From Octopus sinensis (lineage: Eukaryota): 64,000 bases of DNA. Both the position numbers and the translations under genes were made by a program. Positions within the stretch are counted from its first letter, which is position 1. The number at the start of each line of letters is the position of its first letter. Positions 56,030 through 64,000 of this stretch are shown in pieces. Location: assembly GCF_006345805.1 (NCBI RefSeq), contig NC_043000.1:106516001-106580000 (forward strand), written 5' to 3'. Under the pieces are notes generated by a model. It searched no databases. It saw only the letters and a program-made list of their open reading frames with translations, and had not been told where the DNA came from.

Positions 56030-56375
56030 TGATATATATAAACGCCCAATTCAGGATCACAACACATCAATGCACTGCAACCCAATTTCTTTCCCTCAAC
56101 AGGCCCTTCCCTATTTAACATTCTCCCGAAACAGATCAAAGAGGAAAAGGATCCCATTACCTTTAAAAGGAATTTGGACAAATTTCTTCAAGGAATACTA
56201 GATAAGCCACCTATACGTGCATACAACTCACTCAACAAGAACTCCCTACTCGAATAGACCATGATATCACAAAACTTTACTTAAAAAGGATTTGACAAAT
56301 CCTATCAGGTGGTGCTATTAAGTTTGACATGGCCTGGATCAATCTTTGGTCGAAACATATCTAAGTTTATCTAAG
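56030..56375 (+). mobile_element. CR1/L2-like LINE 3' end
   Basis: LFNILPKQIKEEKDPITFKRNLDKFLQGILDKPP..NSLLE* followed by a short tandem tail (ATCTAAGTTT)x2. Confidence 0.55.
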
Positions 56376-56682
56376 TTTATATATATATTGTACCTACTCC
56401 GAGATACAGCGTAAAAAAAGTAACATTTCACGTCTTTCAGCAACATGCACGGTTACTGATGAGAATTCACCTAGCAAATTATCTTATTTACTAAAGAAAT
56501 TTGAAATCTAGGTATAACCGCAAAAAATAACAAGGTAAAAGTTTTTATCTTTCATTCCCTTCGAAAATTGCTATTAAATGTGGTTTTGGTAGTTTTGACT
56601 GCTTCTTCTAGCGTGTAAAATTACCTGTTAAATGTAGTTTTCTTTTGTGTTTAAATATACACTATTTTATATATATATATAT

Positions 56683-56990
56683 ATAAAATATTATTCGAGA
56701 CAAAACCACTATTTTGCAAAACAAACAAGGAAATACTTAATTAATACATAAAATTTTAATAAATAGTCAAAAAAACCGCCACTACAATCGTTTCTTGTCT
56801 TGATCGACAATCTTCAGGTGGACTTCCAAATTTGACACTGAATTATTGGAAGTCCACCTGAAGATTGTCGATCAAGACAAAAACGATTGTAGTGGCGGTT
56901 TTTTTTGACTATTTATTAATTTATCTATTAATTAAGTCTTTCCTTGTTTGTTTTGCCAAATAGTGGTTTTGTCTCGATAATATTTTATAA
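56683..56990. repeat. About 300-bp fold-back palindrome carrying two opposed hammerhead motifs
   Basis: Arms of about 140 bp with scattered differences; loop at about 56829-56846. Confidence 0.92.
56779..56821 (-). ncRNA. Intact minimal type I hammerhead motif
   Basis: CCAC-CTGAAGA-TTGTC(GATCAA)GACAA-GAAAC-GATT-GTA-GTGG. The + strand mirror (56854-56895) lacks G12. Confidence 0.72.
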
Positions 56991-57098
56991 AATATTTTAC
57001 TATAAAATCGATTTAATCCTAAATCTGATTTTTTCCCTGTAAATTTGGATTTATTCCCTAATATTTATTATATATATATAATATATTTATATATATAT

Positions 57099-57160
<62 letters not shown>

Positions 57161-57209
57161 TATATATATATATATATATTATATAAAATATTATATATAA
57201 ATATATATA

Positions 57210-57620
57210 GGCGCAGGAGTGGCTGTGTGGTAAGTAGCTTCTAACCAACCACATGGTTCCGGGCTTAGTCCCACTGCGTGGCATCTTGGGCAAGTGTCTT
57301 CTGCTAGTGCCCCGGGCCGACCAATGCCTTGTGAGTGTTTGGTAGACGGAAACTGAAAGAAGCCTGTCGTATATATGTATATATATGTATATGTATGTAT
57401 GTGTGTGTGTTTGTGTGTCTGTGTTTGTGCCCCTAGCATTGCTTGACAACTGATGCTAGTGTGTTTACGTCCCCCGTCACTTAGCGGTTCGGCAAAAGAG
57501 ACCGATAGAATAAGCATTGGGCTTACAAAGAATAAGTCCCGGGGTCGATTTGCTCGACTAAAGGCGGTGCTCCAGCATGGCCGCAGTCAAATGATTGAAA
57601 CATGTAAAAGAGTAAAGAGT
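57210..57620 (+). mobile_element. Young full-length SINE family A
   Basis: Near-identical to 7348-7779. Confidence 0.92.
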
Positions 57621-58040
57621 ATATATATCTATATATATATAAACCTGTACAGCTATGACCTTTTGGACACCTCTTAAATCCACACTAATTTATGCGCAAG
57701 GACTGTAAATTTTCTTGCAGTGTACCACATTACCTTGTATAGTGTAGTATTAATTAACTTGTAACCCTTATACTAAAATAAAAGCGCCTGTATTTCATTT
57801 AATATCTGCTTAATTTAGAGGTGACCACCTCTGCTTCTGAAAAATCATTAATCCGGAAATACTTTGGAATGAAATGTTCTGGACAATCGACGTTGCACCT
57901 ATATTTATATTTGCTTTGCGGTATCTTTGGCAGATCTTTCCTTACTGATGAGATATGGATTTCAACGTCAGTGGAAACTGAAGAGTTGGAGGCATCTCAA
58001 ACTGTCTCCCACGGAATATTTGTCCAAGCTTGCACATTTA

Positions 58041-58140
58041 NNNNNNNNNNNNNNNNNNNNNNNNNNNNNNNNNNNNNNNNNNNNNNNNNNNNNNNNNNNN
58101 NNNNNNNNNNNNNNNNNNNNNNNNNNNNNNNNNNNNNNNN
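58041..58140. other. Assembly gap (100 N)
   Basis: Run of N. Confidence 1.
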
Positions 58141-58830
58141 AAGAGTTACATGCGTAGAAGGAAAGTCCCTAATCTGCCAACCCAATACTCGACCTTACAG
58201 GTGTTAATAAACAGGTAGCCTAGTATAGAGTGACAACAGGGTAACGCTGTTAGTAGGAGAGGTTGGGAAGGTGAAAGGGGAGAGTGAAGTGTAGTATCAG
58301 AATGAAACAGGGACGCTAAGTTAAGAGAAGTTAGTATGGGTCAAGGCACTTGCGAACATGACAGGAGAAATAAACAGGTAGAAGAACATGTCAATTGAGA
58401 AGTTAGCAATTAGCGATCGAGAAACGAAAAACGATAAATGAAAATTGAAAAAAAAAAAAAAAATGAAAAGGAAAAATGAAAAATGTAAAAATGAAAAGCT
58501 GAAACGTTGTGAAAGGGCGAGGTTTTAGTAGATTACATGAACTGTAAGGAGACCCTCTGAAACGCTCGTTTTAAATTCCCAAAGATTCCAAGAACCCTCT
58601 CCCCTAATTTCTTTTGGGATAAAATAGAAATTGCCATGGTCTGACGGTTTTCATATATATATATATATCTATATATATATATATTATATATAATATACTG
58701 ACCTTTTTGGGGATTAATCAATATGCAGGTATTCTATTTCAGATAATACATAAATAACCTAAAAAATTGAATATTGAATAACCCAAAAATTGAATATTGA
58801 CTTTTATCAGATACTTATATATACTTATAT

Positions 58831-59140
58831 AACACGGACGGGACATTCGAAGCCTTCAATCTTCAGTCAAGAACCGGATCATCTTCGCAATTTCGGCTGA
58901 CTTTTATCAGATACTTATATATATACATAAATATATAAATATACGATAAATAAGACACCAAAATATGATATGTAGATGCATATAACGCTGAAGGGTTGTA
59001 CTTGATTGATTTGGAAATTTGTTTTCTCAAAATATTTATACACACACAACACACACAACACACACACACACACACACATCATATTACATATATATATAGT
59101 ATATATATATATATAGTATATATATATATATATATTTTAT

Positions 59141-59176
<36 letters not shown>

Positions 59177-59405
59177 TGTGTGTGTGTTTGTGTGTGTGTA
59201 TAATATTTGAGAAAACAAATTTCCAAATCATCAAGTACAACCCTTCAGCGTTATATGCATCTACATATCATATTTTGGTGTCTTATTTATCGTATATTTA
59301 TATATTTATCTATATATATAAGTATCTGATAAAAGTCAGCCGAAATTGCGAAGATGATCCGGTTCTTGACTGAAGATTGAAGGCTTCGAATGTCCCGTCC
59401 GTGTT
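58831..59405. repeat. Large inverted repeat centred on (CA)/(TA)/(TG) microsatellite
   Basis: More than 200 bp of non-microsatellite arm (AACACGGACGGGACATTCG... and ...CGAATGTCCCGTCCGTGTT); GACTTTTATCAGATACTTATAT also occurs as a short direct repeat at about 58800 and 58900. Confidence 0.9.
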
Positions 59406-59517
59406 TTTGTTTTGTATCGTCTTCTAAATGTTTCACGTTCTTGTCCCAGTTTGTATTTTTTTACATTTACATATATATATATAATAATTATATATCTATA
59501 TAATATAATATATATAT

Positions 59518-59549
<32 letters not shown>

Positions 59550-60072
59550 ATAATAATATATATATATATATATATAGGTAGGAAGATAGATAGATAGACA
59601 GATAGATATATGGATATCAGGCAGACTGAGAGACAAAGAAAGAGATGGATAGATAGACAGACAGCCAAACAGACATAAATAGACATGCAGATAGATAGAT
59701 GAATGGATAGACATACAGATAGATAGATGGATGGAGGAATAGACAGGTAGACAGAGAGACAAAGAGACAGATGGATAGATAGATAGACAAATAAATAAAT
59801 GGGTAGGTGGGTAGATAGACAGATAGACACACAGAAGGGACCTGCAGGTGGCGTTTGGTCTGTGTATAGCCTTGTTGCCAGTTCTTGGTTTAAGTTCCCA
59901 GCCTCTCCTACTAACGGCGGTACCCTGTTGTCTCTGCACTAGACCAGAACTATGTTGCCTGAGATACACCGTCACATTACCCTTAAAGGTAGCATGTTAG
60001 CACTCGTATGGGCGTGTGTGTGTGTGTGTGTGCGCGCGTGTATGTGTATGTCTGTGTATGTGTGTGCATGTA

Positions 60073-60147
<75 letters not shown>

Positions 60148-60387
60148 TATCTATCTATCTATTCATAATTCATAAATGCGCGCGTGTATATATATATATA
60201 TATCTATATATATATATATATATCTATATATATATATATATATATATATATTAATAATTTAGGGTAGCAAAAAATTCTAGAAAAATTCTACGCTACCAGC
60301 GGTCAAGTGAGAAAGAAAAAATAGTCAATAGACTATATAATATACATTCAAACATATAAGGGATGGCCATAATAGGACATTCGACTC

Positions 60388-60717
<330 letters not shown>

Positions 60718-60799
60718 TAAGGAAACATTTTTTTAAAAATGCAGAATGCTCAAATGAAAGAAATTTTAATAAAATGAGAAATTGATAAAATATATAAAT

Positions 60800-61875
60800 A
60801 TATATTTAATCAACCGGTTTTCGTCATTGTATGACTTGTCAAGAATATTTTATTTTTTTAAAAAGTTTTTTTGAAAATTAGAAAGGGGAAAAAAAGAAAA
60901 TTGCATTGTTTTTTGTAAAAGAATAATGATAAAAATGTACAAAAATTAAAAAATAAGTTCTCCGATACAATGTGAGTTCGTTATGTATCTTGAGTTTTAT
61001 GGTTGTTCACGAAAAAATTAACTTGAGGTGTTAAGATCCAAAGGATTAAGAGCATGTGTTGTGTTGTTTAATTCAGCATGTTTGCAGGACAGGAAGTAGT
61101 AGTAAGTGGTTCTGGTTCTTCAGTTCCTGTGTTGTGAGTAAGGGGAGACAACTCTTTTGAGTTCTTCAATAAAACCCAAATTATAAAATTATCATTTTAG
61201 CTTCATTTGCGTTATCTTTTTTATATAATTGCTTGTTAACTTAACTTTCAGCTTTAACACTTTATTATATTATTTTCTAATTATATAAATCTGCATAGAC
61301 AATTGCATTTCAAATTGTCATATCATTTTAATAAAAATGATAGTAATAACAACAATAGTAAAAATGATATTTAAAGAATATAAGTTTTAGCTTGAAGTGA
61401 TGAATGCATGGTATCTTTATATATTTGCGTTAGTCCATCCATGAAGAGTGAGGTAGAGAAAGGAAGTTTGATCAACGAGGAGTTTGCATATTAAGTTGTG
61501 TTTGGAATTTTTCAATAAAGAGATTCTCCTTGTTAATTCTCTCCTGTGTGGTGATCCCGTCTTTACATTGGTAGAAGGGGAATATATAGAATTTGGGGTT
61601 TAAGTCTTTAGCACATGAGTCTAAGTGGTCACTCAGTGGAATTTGTCGGTATTCCGGGAGATTTATTTGTTCTTTATGTACCGTTACTCGTTTACGTAAC
61701 GGGAGACTCGTTTGTCCAACATAATTATGTTGGCAACCAGCGCATGTGAGAACGTAGATAAGGTTCTCGGAGGAACAGGAGAAGTTAGTCTTGATTTTAA
61801 ACTTCGTACCTTGTTTGAAGAAAAATTTTTCCTTACTTATCATTTCTCCACGTGCGGTCAACACAACCCCACCAT
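60800..61875 (-). mobile_element. 5'-truncated Penelope-like element: GIY-YIG endonuclease, 3' region and terminal HHR-like motif
   Basis: ORF 61472-61903 has NFSCSSENLIYVLTCAGCQHNYVGQTSLPLRKRVTVH..DHL..ERINKENLFI. An HHR-like TTGACAA-GTCAT(ACA)ATGAC-GAAAACCGGTT motif lies at 60807-60846. Confidence 0.88.
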
Positions 61876-61904
61876 TTATTGATCTATATATATATATATA
61901 CACT

Positions 61905-62124
61905 CTTTACTCTCTTTTTACTCTTTTACTTGTTTCAGTCATTTGACTGCGGCCATGCTGGAGCACCGCCTTTAGTCGAGCAACTCGACCCCGGGACTTA
62001 TTCTTTTTGTAAGCCCAGTACTTATTCTATCGGTCACTTTTTGCCGAACCGCTAAGTGACGGGGACGTAAACACACCAGCATCGGTTGTCAAGCAATGCT
62101 AGGGGAACAAACACAGACACACAA

Positions 62125-62161
<37 letters not shown>

Positions 62162-62321
62162 CATATATACGACAGGCTTCTTTCAGTTTCCGTCTACCAA
62201 ATCCACTCACAAGGCATTGGTCGGCCCGGGGCAATAGCAGAAGACACTTGCCCAAGATGCCACGCAGTGGGACTGAACCCGGAACCATGTGGTTGGTTAG
62301 CAAGCTACTTACCACACAGCC

Positions 62322-62325
<4 letters not shown>
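61905..62325 (-). mobile_element. Young full-length SINE family A
   Basis: Reverse complement of 7348-7779, near-identical. Confidence 0.92.
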
Positions 62326-62358
<33 letters not shown>

Positions 62359-62988
62359 CGTATATGCATGTATATACATACATACGTACATATACATATA
62401 CACATATATGTGTGCGCGCGCGTGTGTGTGTATGTGTATGTGTATGTCAGTGCACACGTGGTGTGTGTGTATATGAGTGTGTGGGGGTAGTTTTGTATAT
62501 CTATTTATAGTTATAACTACATATGTATATTTACTTGAGTATATTCAGTCGTTTGAGCACAATGCAAACACTGATATAGACAGACGTTATATATATATAT
62601 ATATATACACATATATACATATGCATATATACATATACATATATACATACACACATATATATATATATATATATACAAATACATATATGTACATATATAT
62701 ATATATATATAATATATATATATAGATATATATATATATATATAGAAAGAAAGAGAGAGAGTGAGAGAGAGAGAGAGAGAGAGTGAGAGAGAAAGAATGA
62801 AAACCCAGGAGAAAGAAGAGAGCGGAAAGTGCATAAGAGGGGGATACGGAAGAACAACAAAAAGGAGATAGATGGCGATAAGAAAACCAAGTAACAGCAA
62901 AAACCGAAAGTGTTGCTGTTGAAGATAAACACATGCAGCTTGGTTATACATGCATACACGTACACACACACAGACACACAGACAGACA

Positions 62989-63031
<43 letters not shown>

Positions 63032-64000
63032 TCGCATGTACATATACACGTATTATGTAAAATTTGCTCGCACGCACACATACATGCGTACGTTTACTTT
63101 TATTCATACACACACACGTACACTTATATACATATAAACATACAAATATGCAATATATATATATATATAATGTATACATGCATACATGCATATATATATA
63201 CATATATACCCAGAAACAAAACTGCCACGAGAATTCTTCGGGAACAAGAATGTAAAAAATGTTAATTTTTTTGTTTTTGCTAAAACTCACAATAAGTACA
63301 ATCCATTCATAAGAGACCTGAAAACAAGACATATTAGGACAGGCTTTGCTCGAGCTGCTAGAAATAGCAGCCAAATCTCCTTCACATTCAAACATCCAAC
63401 TGTTTAAAAAAGGAAAGAATACATTAAATAAATGTAACACTAGATAAATTATGTTAAAAAAACAAGAAAAACAGGCTGGACGGTCAAGGGAGGATACCTC
63501 TGATTATACAGATCATTATGATCAGGAGTGACACGTGACTGAACAACAATATCAGGAAGTTAAACCTTGTTCCATTACTACTAAACCGACACTCATCACT
63601 GTCTTAAAAGTTTTAGCCTTAAGATTTCACTTTCTCTTCTCCCAAACAACACGCAGTTAAATCTCTTTCTTGACGGTCCAGCATTTATAAAATGCATTCC
63701 AAAGTTTATCCTCTTACTTTTGATCTAGAAAATACTCCAGATCTGGTCAGTTACGCATTCTAGAGAGTTCAAGGAAGACGCATACAGTAGTGCTGTTCTG
63801 ATATCTGACTCGACACTTTTGCTACATGCATAGATATTAATATTATAGACCAGTGATAGCGAAACTATGACACGCAGTAAGAGCTTTAGTGACACGTGAC
63901 GGACTTTGAAAAAGCATCTTTCTCCAAAGTCATATTATGAAAAAATTGGCCGCAAACTAAAATACGTATATAGAACTTAAGTAAGACTTCGACAACAGAA

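Noticed and set aside
57940-58012. Two tandem CTGATGA/CTGAAGA motifs followed by AACGTC and AAACTGTC
   Set aside because: Both lack G12 and have poor stems. They may be decayed HHRs but cannot be supported as features.
59365-59404. CTGAAGA..CGAATGTCCCGTC hammerhead-like string (and its mirror at 58831-58870)
   Set aside because: GAAT instead of GAAA, with no convincing stem I or stem III.

Overview
AT-rich, microsatellite-saturated eukaryotic DNA with no confidently identifiable host protein-coding gene. The tRNA-derived SINE families and repeat landscape suggest a coleoid cephalopod, probably Octopus (inference, not database-confirmed). Most long ORFs in the track are microsatellite translations. 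Real coding signal comes from retroelement remnants: RTE, Tx1/L1-clade, two R4/Dong-type elements in (TAA)n, a CR1-like tail and a Penelope GIY-YIG endonuclease. Tc1/mariner- and Helentron-like relics, many SINEs and a 100-N gap are also present. The most interesting signal is RNA-level. About ten hammerhead-ribozyme (HHR)-like motifs are scattered through the window. One is an apparently intact extended type I HHR with a U3:A8 covariant core and a CAAAUA loop 2 (36341-36410), inside a 356-bp unit bounded by 56-bp direct repeats. A diverged homolog at 13588-13810 keeps the same downstream multi-hairpin architecture through compensatory changes. Together they define a candidate small ribozyme-bearing (retrozyme/PLE-like, possibly circular-RNA) element family. 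The window also holds several long fold-back palindromes and three paralogous non-coding blocks near the left end.
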